From contig JAZQBA010000016.1 in the NCBI GenBank assembly GCA_045545515.1, forward strand, positions 59,785-123,784: a stretch of 64,000 nucleotides of DNA, given 5' to 3'. The position numbers and the translations under genes were made by a program. The notes under the pieces were generated by a model. It did not search any database and was not told where the DNA came from. It saw nothing but the letters and a program-made list of their open reading frames with translations. Origin of the DNA: Acutalibacteraceae bacterium. GTDB lineage: Bacteria; Bacillota; Clostridia; Oscillospirales; Acutalibacteraceae. This document shows positions 1-8,878 of the stretch, in pieces. Numbering within the stretch: position 1 is the stretch's first letter; each line of letters starts with the position of its first letter.

Positions 1-695
1 GTCACGGAAACCTGGGCGCTATGTTGTTGCGTGACGAAACCAAGTGCTTCGCATTCTTGGCCGGTCACGAATCCTTTGCCGCCGCAGAAGGTGCTATCGG
101 TTTGGCCCGCAGCGCCAACAAGGCTCGTAAAGAGCCGTTGCGCGTAATCCTGAACGGTCTGGGCAAAGACGCTGCACAGATCATTTCCCGTATCAACGGT
201 TTCACCTACGTTCAGACCCAGTTCGATTACTTCACGGGCGAACTCAAGATCGTCAACGAAACCGCTTATTCGAACGGCGAGCGCGCCAAGGTTCGCTGCT
301 ACGGTGCCGATGACGTTCGCGAAGGCGTTGCCATCATGCACAAAGAGGGTGTTGACGTTTCCATCACCGGTAACTCGACCAACCCGACCCGCTTCCAGCA
401 TCCTGTTGCAGGTACCTACAAGAAGGAATGCATCGAGCAGGGCAAACAGTATTTCTCGGTCGCTTCGGGCGGCGGTACCGGACGTACCCTGCATCCCGAC
501 AACATGGCTGCCGGTCCCGCTTCCTACGGTATGACCGATACCATGGGCCGTATGCACTCGGATGCTCAGTTTGCCGGTTCCTCCTCGGTTCCCGCTCACG
601 TTGAGATGATGGGTCTGATCGGTGCCGGTAACAACCCGATGGTTGGTATGACTGTTGCTTGTGCCGTTGCCGTTAACGAGGCACTGAATAAGTAA
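1..695 (+). CDS. GGGtGRT family protein, C-terminal part (5' end outside window)
   Basis: Frame is open from the window edge to TAA 693-695. Contains the literal family signature SGGGTGRTLHPDN and a Gly-rich tail GLIGAGNNPMVGMT. A terminator follows. Confidence 0.8.
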   Translation, partial: HGNLGAMLLRDETKCFAFLAGHESFAAAEGAIGLARSANKARKEPLRVILNGLGKDAAQIISRINGFTYVQTQFDYFTGELKIVNETAYSNGERAKVRCYGADDVREGVAIMHKEGVDVSITGNSTNPTRFQHPVAGTYKKECIEQGKQYFSVASGGGTGRTLHPDNMAAGPASYGMTDTMGRMHSDAQFAGSSSVPAHVEMMGLIGAGNNPMVGMTVACAVAVNEALNK

Positions 696-711
696 TTCCC
701 TTTAATATGAT

Positions 712-744
712 AAAAACCCAAGGTCTGACGACCTTGGGTTTTTT
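712..744. terminator. Bidirectional rho-independent terminator between convergent genes
   Basis: cccaaggtc-tgac-gaccttggg 9-bp stem (717-738) flanked by an A-run and a T-run. Confidence 0.85.
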
Positions 745-748
745 GTTT

Positions 749-1192
749 CTATTTTTTCCCCGTCGAGCCGAAGCCGCCCGCACCGCGGGTCGTATCGTCC
801 AACGAATCGGCCTCGACAAAATCGGCCGTTATGTAGGGGGTCAGGACAAACTGCGCAATGCGCTCGCCGTTTTCGACCGTTTGGTGTCTTTTCGATTGAT
901 TGTAAAGCGCGACCAACAGTTCACCACGGTAATCGCAATCAATCACACCAACCTTGTTGGCAGGCGCCAGACCGCGTTTGACCGAAATGCCGCTTCGCGC
1001 ATAGATGAGCCCTACCAATCCCTCGGGAATTTCAACCGCGATTCCCGTTGGAATCAGCCGCGTCTCCCCCGGTTGCAGGGTAACGCTTTCTTCCGAAAGG
1101 CAGGCGCAAAGGTCGGCACCGGCCGCGCCGACGCTTCCGTAGGTCGGCTTTTTAGCCCCCTCTTTTAGTTTGATAAAACGAACGGTTTGCAT
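749..1192 (-). CDS. dut: dUTP diphosphatase (trimeric dUTPase)
   Basis: Motifs AAGADL, IPTG, ARSG, GVIDCDYRGE and RGAGGFGSTG. Start set to ATG 1192 with AAGGAGA 6 nt upstream. The longer ORF-track start would overlap the upstream gene. Confidence 0.92.
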   Translation of the reverse strand: MQTVRFIKLKEGAKKPTYGSVGAAGADLCACLSEESVTLQPGETRLIPTGIAVEIPEGLVGLIYARSGISVKRGLAPANKVGVIDCDYRGELLVALYNQSKRHQTVENGERIAQFVLTPYITADFVEADSLDDTTRGAGGFGSTGKK

Positions 1193-1205
1193 AAACATTC
1201 TCCTT

Positions 1206-2060
1206 TTATCCCTGTGATTTGAACCCCTCGCCGATAATCTCGCCGACGTCGGCCACCACGATAAACGCGGCAGGGTCACATTCTTTGACAATGCTATGAA
1301 CGGCCGCCACCTCGTGACGGCGAACGGTACATAAAATAAGCGTTCGGCTTTTACCGGTATATCCGCCCTTGGCTTCCAGGGTCGTCACTCCGCGTCCGAG
1401 GCGACTGCCCACCGCCGCGCAAATTTCACGCGAGCGGTTGCCGATAATATAAATAAGTTTTCCCCGGTCGCCACCGTACAAAATTTTATCCATCAGGTTG
1501 GACGAAGCATAAAGCGAAACGACCGAATAAAGCGCACTCTCGACGTTGCGGTAGACCAGTGCCGCCAGGGTAATCACCACCGCGTCCATCAAGAGGATCA
1601 GCCGCCCCACCGTAAGATGGCGAAAACGGTCGGCCAAAAGTTTCGCGAGAATATCCACGCCACCCGTAGTAGCCCCGCGTAACATCACAAGTCCCAATCC
1701 TGTCCCCATCATCAATCCGCCAAACACGGCCGAGAGAAAACGGTCGGTCGAAACGGGCGGCAGTAGGGCCTCGCTCACGTCGAGCGCGACCGAAAACAAC
1801 AGCGTGACCACCGCGGTTTTGGCAATAAACATCGCCCCAAAGCGCCGCATTCCAAAAAATAGAATCGGAATGTTGAGCAGTAAGACCATAAGTCCGCTCG
1901 GCAGCAAAAACAGACGGTGTAAAATGGTGGCAACACCCGTAACGCCGCCGGGGGTGATTTCATTGGGAACAATAAACAGGCTGACGGCAACTGCATTGAG
2001 AACGCAACCGACCACGTAATACAAAAGGTCGACCGCCGCCGCACGAAATTTTTGGGTCAC
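1206..2060 (-). CDS. YitT family membrane protein (DUF2179 C-terminal domain)
   Basis: Multiple N-terminal TM segments plus C-terminal GGYTGKSRTLILCTVRRHE...FIVVADV typical of the YitT/DUF2179 family. GTG start with GGAGG 8 nt upstream. Confidence 0.8.
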   Translation of the reverse strand: MTQKFRAAAVDLLYYVVGCVLNAVAVSLFIVPNEITPGGVTGVATILHRLFLLPSGLMVLLLNIPILFFGMRRFGAMFIAKTAVVTLLFSVALDVSEALLPPVSTDRFLSAVFGGLMMGTGLGLVMLRGATTGGVDILAKLLADRFRHLTVGRLILLMDAVVITLAALVYRNVESALYSVVSLYASSNLMDKILYGGDRGKLIYIIGNRSREICAAVGSRLGRGVTTLEAKGGYTGKSRTLILCTVRRHEVAAVHSIVKECDPAAFIVVADVGEIIGEGFKSQG

Positions 2061-2111
2061 GCGTTTCGCCTCCGAGGTTTTTTATCAGTATTCCCCGAAG
2101 CGGCACGCCCA

Positions 2112-2150
2112 TTCAGAAAACGGGACTGTTGTTGGCAGTCCCGTTCTGAA
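2112..2150 (-). terminator. Putative terminator hairpin after the ABC/DUF4340 operon
   Basis: 15-bp stem ttcagaa(aa)cgggactg / cagtcccgttctgaa directly after stop 2153. The U-tract on the minus strand lies partly inside the stem, hence the low confidence. Confidence 0.45.
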
Positions 2151-2152
2151 TT

Positions 2153-3745
2153 TTATTTAATTTTCTGATTTTGAGCGACCTGTTTGGCGTAACGCAAGAA
2201 CTTCACGTAAGCCGAGGAGGCAACGTGGCCCCCAATCTCGCCATCGGTCGCGAATTGATAGCGAGTCTCACCGTTTTTGGTAAAGGTGATGTTCGACTTG
2301 GAACCATCGGCCGAGTAGGTCAGCGTGATGGTGGCATCGGGCGTACCCGAAACCTTTTCGGTGTTGAAGTCGGCCGCGTTCAGACCCACAAATTCCTGAT
2401 AGAAGGTCTGGAAATATTCGGTCGTGATTTCTTTTCCGTCACAGGTGATATGATACTCTTTTCCGTCCTCGTTCATTTCGTGGTAAACGATATCGAAACT
2501 GTACTTTTCACCGGCCGCCGTCGTAATCGTCATATTCGAGAGTTCCTTAATGGAACGCATATAAACGTACTTGGTGTAGAAACTTTCGGCCGTATAATCA
2601 AGGAAGGGCAAGAAGGTGTTCGAAACCTTGTAAATCATCTTGCTTTCGTTGGTAACCACGGCGCAGAACTCTTCATCCACGCGGGCGATACGATAAATTC
2701 TGCGGTGGCTGCCCACCAACATATCGAGTACCAAATCGGGGTTGTCGAGCCCCACAGCCGCCAGGGAAGCATCGGTCACGTCGTAGGAATAGGCGCCGGC
2801 AACCGTAAGTCCCGTCGAGAAGAGTTCGAACACGCCTTCCACGTTTTCGGCAAGGCGCTCAACGGGCGAAGTGATCTTGAACGAGAAGATAGAGGCAACT
2901 TCCCCCTCTTTATTCATTTCCATAACCACCGGTTTCGGGAAGTTTTTGCCCGAAATGGTCAGTTTTTCAAAACCGATGAGTTTTCCGTCCGAAACGTAGT
3001 CGGGCATTTCTTCGCGGATTTGAAGGCCGGCAATGGCCGTTGTATCCGCCAGGTCGAGCAATTTGAAATCAAACGCCGAAACGGCCGATTGATCCACGAG
3101 ATAAATGGTCTCGTCGGTAGAAAGTTTCAGGTAAGTTCCCGAATTATCGGGCGAATCGGCACCGACCAGAACGGTATAATCCCCCTCTTGGGCATCCTGA
3201 ACGGTGACCTCGTATTTCGGGGCATCGAGACCGCAATCGGCGGCCGATTTGGTATCGATTTTACGGGTAGCGTTGATGGTGGTTGCCGCATCGACAATGG
3301 CCGAAATCTTATCGGAATCGGTCTTTTCGGCTTCAATTCCATCGACACTCCAGGTCGTCGTTACCGTTGCCTCGGAAGAAGCCGTAGCGGCCGTTTCTTC
3401 CCTGGTGGGTAAGAATTTCACGGTGCCTTCGGCATTCTTGACCGAAACGGCCGAAATACCGTCGGTCTTACGCGACAAAACGGTGATATTTTCAAAAGCA
3501 GGGGTCTTGGTTTCATCCTGTAATTCGGGGATAAAATGAATGACCGCCAAGGTGCCGCCGACCAAAACAGCGACCGCCAAAAGCCCCGACAAAAGGGCAA
3601 TCAGGCGCTTTTTGCCGTTGTTTTTCGGCGCGGTATCCTTATGCGCGGCAGGGTCGGCAAAGATGGTTTCAAACGAAGCGTATTCGTCCTCGTAAACCGT
3701 CTCTTCCTCCACCGGTTGTTGCAAGTTTTCCTTTTCTTCACTCAT
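2153..3745 (-). CDS. DUF4340-like single-pass membrane protein, last gene of the GldG-type ABC operon
   Basis: N-terminal TM anchor (LIALLSGLLAVAVLVGGTLAVIHF) followed by a ~450-aa external region. Start ATG 3745 overlaps the upstream stop (TAATG). The family name is assigned from memory of its usual pairing with GldG-like genes. Confidence 0.6.
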   Translation of the reverse strand: MSEEKENLQQPVEEETVYEDEYASFETIFADPAAHKDTAPKNNGKKRLIALLSGLLAVAVLVGGTLAVIHFIPELQDETKTPAFENITVLSRKTDGISAVSVKNAEGTVKFLPTREETAATASSEATVTTTWSVDGIEAEKTDSDKISAIVDAATTINATRKIDTKSAADCGLDAPKYEVTVQDAQEGDYTVLVGADSPDNSGTYLKLSTDETIYLVDQSAVSAFDFKLLDLADTTAIAGLQIREEMPDYVSDGKLIGFEKLTISGKNFPKPVVMEMNKEGEVASIFSFKITSPVERLAENVEGVFELFSTGLTVAGAYSYDVTDASLAAVGLDNPDLVLDMLVGSHRRIYRIARVDEEFCAVVTNESKMIYKVSNTFLPFLDYTAESFYTKYVYMRSIKELSNMTITTAAGEKYSFDIVYHEMNEDGKEYHITCDGKEITTEYFQTFYQEFVGLNAADFNTEKVSGTPDATITLTYSADGSKSNITFTKNGETRYQFATDGEIGGHVASSAYVKFLRYAKQVAQNQKIK

Positions 3746-5325
3746 TAGGCGTTCTTTCTCCTGATAAAGATATAAATTCCGGCAAGAACCATCAGAATCG
3801 GCAACACAAACATAAAGATGGCACGCATCCAAACGGTTCCCGACTCGGTTACCGAATCAGCAAAGCTTTCATCGGTAATGGTCTTGGAAATGAAACTGAT
3901 GCCGTTATCCTCCACCGCGGCGGCGCGATCGGCCGCTTTAAGGGTGATATCTTTATTCGCTAACTGCGCATATTCCATCCACTGGGAATTGATATATTCG
4001 GCACTCGAGAAGGCAATCACGTAACTGCTGATCTTCTCGTTTTTGTCGTTGTAATCTTCGCACTTGGCCTGTACGACACCCAGGTAGGTTTCCTTGTCCG
4101 AATCCGTGTAGTCATTCCATTCGGCCGTAACACCAACGGGAGCTTTGACAACACTGTCCGGGGTCGTCATAATCGGGGTGACCGAAACGATGGCTTCCAC
4201 CGGTTTGCCCTCTTTCATCGGAACGTTGGCGCCCGTGATGCAGAAGGTCATGCCCTGGGTCATATCCTCGTCCGACGGGTAGATACCCATCACGGTCGGG
4301 TCCTCCATAATATTCTTCGTATTGGTTTCAAAGAGCACACCGTCTTCCACCTCGATACCCCATTCCGACAGGAAGGCGTACAGGTTCGGAACGGCGGGCG
4401 AGAAAGCGTCGGCAAAGAACAACATACCTTTGCCCATCTGGCCCTTATTATCCAAGAATTCCGAAATGGCATCCAGCTCACTGCCGATGAAATCGACCGT
4501 GGGGGCCGCTAAAACAACGAGATCATACTCCGAAGAAATTTCGGTGATGACCGAATCGCTGTTGGTATCGACCTCGTAGTTGTTGCTCTTCAAGAGTTCA
4601 ACGTAATTCTTGGTAACGTCGTTGGCCGAGTGACCCGTGAGCACAACAGCCTTTTTGGTCTCGCCGCTCACGACGTAAACCATCGCACTCGTCAAACGCG
4701 ATTCGATGTTGTTGCCGTCCACCGTGTAGGTGCCGTAGCCCATGGCGGCGTAACCGCTCTCGTCACCGAGAATATAGATATCTTCATAGCCGATTCGCTT
4801 GTGACGCTGACCGTCTTCCGAAGCGACGATAATATCGCCATAGGCCAACTCGTCGTTGGCATACTCGGTGCTGACCTTGTTGAACTCGGTCGACTGCGGG
4901 TCAACGAACTGCACCTTAATGTTGTCGTTATACGAAGCGTATTTGTTGACAAGATTTACAGTCTGCTGATAATACTGAACTGCGTTGGGGCTGGTTGCAT
5001 TATAAAAACTCTGACCGTAATAATCCATATACGAAGCGTAGGTCTTTTCATCGGCGCAAACCGTAATTTCAACCACGTCTTCAATATCTTTAATGTAATC
5101 GAGGTTCTCTTCGCTGATGGTGTTGACCTTCTGCGCAGACATATCGAATTCCAAATGGAACCGCTCGCCCAATGTTAAGACCAACCAGTTGAAAAGAATG
5201 ATCCCGGCCAAAACAATGGCCGTCAGCGCAATGGAGAAGCCGCCCTTTTTGAAAAGAGCCTGATTGCGCAATTTTTTCGATTTGAAAAGTTCTAAAAACT
5301 TCGTTATCTTCTTGTTTTCTTTCAT
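3745..5325 (-). CDS. GldG-like protein (ABC-type uncharacterized transport system auxiliary component)
   Basis: TM helices at both ends flank a ~450-aa external domain. GGAGG RBS. Sits in an operon with an ABC-2 permease and an ATPase. Confidence 0.65.
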   Translation of the reverse strand: MKENKKITKFLELFKSKKLRNQALFKKGGFSIALTAIVLAGIILFNWLVLTLGERFHLEFDMSAQKVNTISEENLDYIKDIEDVVEITVCADEKTYASYMDYYGQSFYNATSPNAVQYYQQTVNLVNKYASYNDNIKVQFVDPQSTEFNKVSTEYANDELAYGDIIVASEDGQRHKRIGYEDIYILGDESGYAAMGYGTYTVDGNNIESRLTSAMVYVVSGETKKAVVLTGHSANDVTKNYVELLKSNNYEVDTNSDSVITEISSEYDLVVLAAPTVDFIGSELDAISEFLDNKGQMGKGMLFFADAFSPAVPNLYAFLSEWGIEVEDGVLFETNTKNIMEDPTVMGIYPSDEDMTQGMTFCITGANVPMKEGKPVEAIVSVTPIMTTPDSVVKAPVGVTAEWNDYTDSDKETYLGVVQAKCEDYNDKNEKISSYVIAFSSAEYINSQWMEYAQLANKDITLKAADRAAAVEDNGISFISKTITDESFADSVTESGTVWMRAIFMFVLPILMVLAGIYIFIRRKNA

Positions 5326-5349
5326 CTTCTTCTGCCTCCTTCCAACAAG

Positions 5350-6051
5350 TTAAGCCCATCTTCTCTTTTCCAGCGAACGAACCGACAGGAAGAGGAAGGC
5401 GACAATAATGCTGACAAAGTAAACAATGTCGGCAATCGAGAACATTTCACTGCCAAAACTTTCAAAAGCGGTAATAAAGGAAGCTTTCTCGAGGATCTTG
5501 GCGATCCAGGTGATCTTCACGGTCGAAGCCAGGCTGGACATATAAAGCACCAGAATGTTTACGACTATCGACAGGAAGGCCGAAATGAACGAACTCTCGG
5601 TCAGGGAAGAAATAAAGGTGCCGATGGCAATCATGGCGCCGCCCAACAAGAGCATACCGAACAGGGTATACAAATAGGCTAACACGTTGACCTTTACGTA
5701 GGTCATCACAATGATTTCAAAAATCACGGTCGGCGCAAAGCCGATAGCGAACACCGCCAGAGCGGCAAAGAACTTGCCGAGCACGATTCCCGAAAGACGA
5801 ACGGGAGCGGTCAACAACGCCTGGTCCACCTTTTGGCGGCGATCCTCACTCATCAGGCGCATCGTGAGTGCAGGGATGGTGAACATCACGACCGACGACA
5901 TAGCCGTAACGATTGAGGCCACGTCGGGGGAACCGTAACTATAAGTCATCGAAAAATAAAGACCCAAAAAGAAATAGTAAATAGCCAAAATTACAAAGCC
6001 GACCGGCGTTGTGAAATAGGCCTTGAATTCGCGTTTGAAAATAGCACTCAT
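5350..6051 (-). CDS. ABC-2 type transporter permease (GldF-like)
   Basis: 233 aa with ~6 hydrophobic helices. 4-nt stop/start overlap with the ATPase gene. Confidence 0.75.
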   Translation of the reverse strand: MSAIFKREFKAYFTTPVGFVILAIYYFFLGLYFSMTYSYGSPDVASIVTAMSSVVMFTIPALTMRLMSEDRRQKVDQALLTAPVRLSGIVLGKFFAALAVFAIGFAPTVIFEIIVMTYVKVNVLAYLYTLFGMLLLGGAMIAIGTFISSLTESSFISAFLSIVVNILVLYMSSLASTVKITWIAKILEKASFITAFESFGSEMFSIADIVYFVSIIVAFLFLSVRSLEKRRWA

Positions 6052-7121
6052 TCTGCGTTCTCCTCCTCGGTTTGAACTTCGGGCACTTCAAGAGTAACTT
6101 CCGACAAAGGATTGTTTTCCTCGGTAATTTCCTCGGCGGGTTCCTCTGCCGTTTCTTCCAGACCCAACATACGGCGCGCCTCGTCGTTATCGGCCGCACT
6201 CGTCAGACGCAGGAAGACCTGTTCCAACGACAGAGCGTTATCGGCCATCGAAAGCAGTACACGATTGCGGTCGGTCACGCGCTTGAAGATACCCTCGCGA
6301 ACGTCGGCGCCGTCCTGCGGTACGATGTGGAAATCGCAAGTGCCGCTCTCTTTGCTACCCAGCGAAGCCACGCGGGCAACACCCTTTACGCTGCGAAGCG
6401 CCGCCATCATATCCTCTTCGTCTCCCGTAACGCGAACCATCAACGAATGGTCTTGCGAAAGTTTGTCCGACAACTGTTCGGGCGTATCATCGGCAATGAT
6501 CTGACCGCGGTTGATAATGATGACGCGTTTGCAGACCGCCTGAATTTCCGAAAGAATGTGGGAAGACAGGATAATGGTATGGTTTTTGCCGAGTTTGGCA
6601 ATAAGATTTCGAATTTCAATGATCTGATTGGGGTCCAAACCTACCGTCGGCTCGTCGAGGATCAGAACGTCGGGGTTGCCGATGAGCGCCTGTGCAAAGC
6701 CGACACGCTGGCGGTAACCTTTGGAAAGATTTTTAATGAGGCGGTTCTGAACGCCATCGATTTTCACCAGACGGACAATTTCGTCAATGTGCGCCTTTTT
6801 GGGGAACTTGACCTTTTTCAAATCGTAAATAAAGTTTAAGTACTCGCGTACCTTCATATCCACGTACAAGGGCGGAATTTCGGGCAGATAGCCGATACGG
6901 CGTTTGGCCTGTTCGGGGTACTCAACAACGTCAAACCCGTCAACCTCTACCTTTCCTTGGGTGAGGGAAAGATACCCGGTCAGGATATTCATAATGGTTG
7001 ATTTACCGGCACCGTTCGGTCCCAGAAAACCAACAATCTCCCCTTTATCAATGGAAAAGGAAACGTTATCGACCGCCAAGTAGGTGCCGTAACGCTTGCT
7101 CAATCCACGCACTTCAATCAT
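6048..7121 (-). CDS. ABC transporter ATP-binding protein (GldA-like) with acidic C-terminal tail
   Basis: Walker A GPNGAGKST, signature LSKGYRQR, Walker B LILDEPTVGLD, H-loop SSHIL. Start set to ATG 7121 with AGGAGG 8 nt upstream. Confidence 0.9.
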   Translation of the reverse strand: MIEVRGLSKRYGTYLAVDNVSFSIDKGEIVGFLGPNGAGKSTIMNILTGYLSLTQGKVEVDGFDVVEYPEQAKRRIGYLPEIPPLYVDMKVREYLNFIYDLKKVKFPKKAHIDEIVRLVKIDGVQNRLIKNLSKGYRQRVGFAQALIGNPDVLILDEPTVGLDPNQIIEIRNLIAKLGKNHTIILSSHILSEIQAVCKRVIIINRGQIIADDTPEQLSDKLSQDHSLMVRVTGDEEDMMAALRSVKGVARVASLGSKESGTCDFHIVPQDGADVREGIFKRVTDRNRVLLSMADNALSLEQVFLRLTSAADNDEARRMLGLEETAEEPAEEITEENNPLSEVTLEVPEVQTEEENAE

Positions 7122-7203
7122 GTTCATTCCTCCTGTATAGTTGTTACCCATTATCATAAAATAATTTTTCTATGTTTTGGTGAACAATTTATAAACACTG
7201 TTA

Positions 7204-7232
7204 ATTATACTATAATTCTTTTATATATTCAA
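7204..7232 (-). promoter_or_regulatory. Sigma-A type promoter for the ABC operon
   Basis: Minus strand reads TTGAAT-17 nt-TATAAT. Confidence 0.55.
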
Positions 7233-7253
7233 GACTTTTTGGCGGAAAGTTCC

Positions 7254-7282
7254 TTGCATTTCACACCAAAAAAGAGTATAAT
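7254..7282 (+). promoter_or_regulatory. Sigma-A type promoter for the DUF554 gene
   Basis: TTGCAT-17 nt-TATAAT, 30 nt upstream of ATG 7313. Confidence 0.6.
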
Positions 7283-7312
7283 GCTTCTATCTTTCAAAAA
7301 AGAGGTTTTCTT

Positions 7313-8011
7313 ATGGTCCGCATTCTGACAAGCGGCGCGGTTGTCAACGTCATTTTGGTGCTTATCGGTTCCCTTTTTGGCTTGGCGTTGCGCCGAACGT
7401 TTCCCGAAAAAATCAAAAACGCGCTGATGAACGCTCTGGCACTTTGCGTGTTGTATATCGGTCTTGACGGTATCATCGGCAAACCCGTTCGCCCCATGGT
7501 GGTCATTCTTTCCATGGCGTTGGGTGCCGCACTCGGAACGCTCTGCCACCTGGACGACGGCATCAACGCGCTGGGCAAAAAAGTCGAAGGCCTTTTAACC
7601 AAAAACGGCGGCGAAAACACGGTAGCCGAAGGCTTCGTTTCGGCAACGTTGCTCTTCTGCGTGGGTGCGATGACGGTGGTCGGTTCCATCAACGCCGGCG
7701 TTTCGGGCGACCATTCCACCTTGTATGCAAAATCTATGCTCGATTTGGTTTCCTCGGCCGCACTCGCCTCCTCACTGGGGGTCGGCGTTGTCCTGGCGGT
7801 GTTGCCCGTTCTCGTGATCGAGGGCGGTCTTACCTTGCTGGCCGGCGTGGTGGAACCCATTTTGACCGAAGATATTATTCTACACCTTTCGGCCACAGGG
7901 TCGCTGCTCATCGTAGCCCTGGCGCTCAATATGTTGAAGCTGACAAAAATTAAGGTGATGGACCTCTTCCCCGCAATTTTGTTGCCGATACTTTTGTGTC
8001 ATCTCTTATAA
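7313..8011 (+). CDS. DUF554 (YdfK/YqgA-like) membrane protein
   Basis: 232 aa, highly hydrophobic. N-terminus GAVVNVILVLIGSLFG..R and overall layout resemble the DUF554 family. Confidence 0.7.
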   Translation: MVRILTSGAVVNVILVLIGSLFGLALRRTFPEKIKNALMNALALCVLYIGLDGIIGKPVRPMVVILSMALGAALGTLCHLDDGINALGKKVEGLLTKNGGENTVAEGFVSATLLFCVGAMTVVGSINAGVSGDHSTLYAKSMLDLVSSAALASSLGVGVVLAVLPVLVIEGGLTLLAGVVEPILTEDIILHLSATGSLLIVALALNMLKLTKIKVMDLFPAILLPILLCHLL

Positions 8012-8018
8012 AAAGAAA

Positions 8019-8050
8019 ACACCCGAAAAGACTTCGGGTGTTATTTTTTT
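8019..8050. terminator. Bidirectional terminator
   Basis: acacccgaa-aagac-ttcgggtgt stem, with an A-run before it and T7 after it. Confidence 0.8.
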
Positions 8051-8772
8051 GCGAAAATATCCAATTTTGCGCGGGTGGGCGGTTGAACAGCAACCTCTTC
8101 CCCTAAGGGCAGAATTTTTTCAAAAACACAGGTGTGCCGTTCGGTAATCACGCGGTCCTCGTGCAGACAGCCGAAATACCAATGTTTGAAACTGCAAGCG
8201 CGACCGATTTCCTCCAGATAACCGTTGAGTTTATTGATCTGATCGGGGTCGCCGCGGCGCAGTAACATCGCGCTTTTTACAAGGGCGGGCGGCTCATAGG
8301 TGATGATATAATCGACCCGGCAGTTGACTTCATCCAACCGTTTGGCCCCTTCGGCCATTTCCTGCGGCGTCGGTTCTTCTTCGCGCCACCAGTTGCCAAA
8401 GTCGACGCGCATGTCTTTGTCGACGCTCTCGCCACCGCCAAAGGTGAAAATGCGGTTTCCCTCAATCTCAAAAATCTGACCGCGCATCAGGTGCAGCAGA
8501 TTGCCCTTGATACGGTGTACCAGGCCGCCTTTCCAAACGGTGGTTCGGCCGCGGGAGATGCGTTCCAGATTGTCGTGCGTTCCGTCGACAAAAGCGGTCA
8601 CGAATTTACGCTCGGCAAAAAACTTGATGACCTGTTTTTCGGTTTTTCCGCCGTCAAATATGTATCCGAAATCGCCGCAAACCAGCAAAACGTCGCCCTT
8701 TTTGAGCCGACGAAAATCGCGGCTGTAAAGCCGTTGTAAATCGCCGTGCATATCCCCTGTGACGTAAATCAA
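8041..8772 (-). CDS. Metallophosphoesterase family protein
   Basis: N-terminal YVTGDMHGD, then VCGDFG and a C-terminal GCLHED motif set. TTG start with AAGGGGG RBS. Confidence 0.8.
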   Translation of the reverse strand: MIYVTGDMHGDLQRLYSRDFRRLKKGDVLLVCGDFGYIFDGGKTEKQVIKFFAERKFVTAFVDGTHDNLERISRGRTTVWKGGLVHRIKGNLLHLMRGQIFEIEGNRIFTFGGGESVDKDMRVDFGNWWREEEPTPQEMAEGAKRLDEVNCRVDYIITYEPPALVKSAMLLRRGDPDQINKLNGYLEEIGRACSFKHWYFGCLHEDRVITERHTCVFEKILPLGEEVAVQPPTRAKLDIFAKK

Positions 8773-8878
8773 CCTGAAACACCCCCTTTTCTTAAAAAAT
8801 TATATTTTAAGACTTTTAATTTGTCAAGATTTCCTGTATAATATATCTGTATTATATCACGCGAACGGAGAAATTGCT

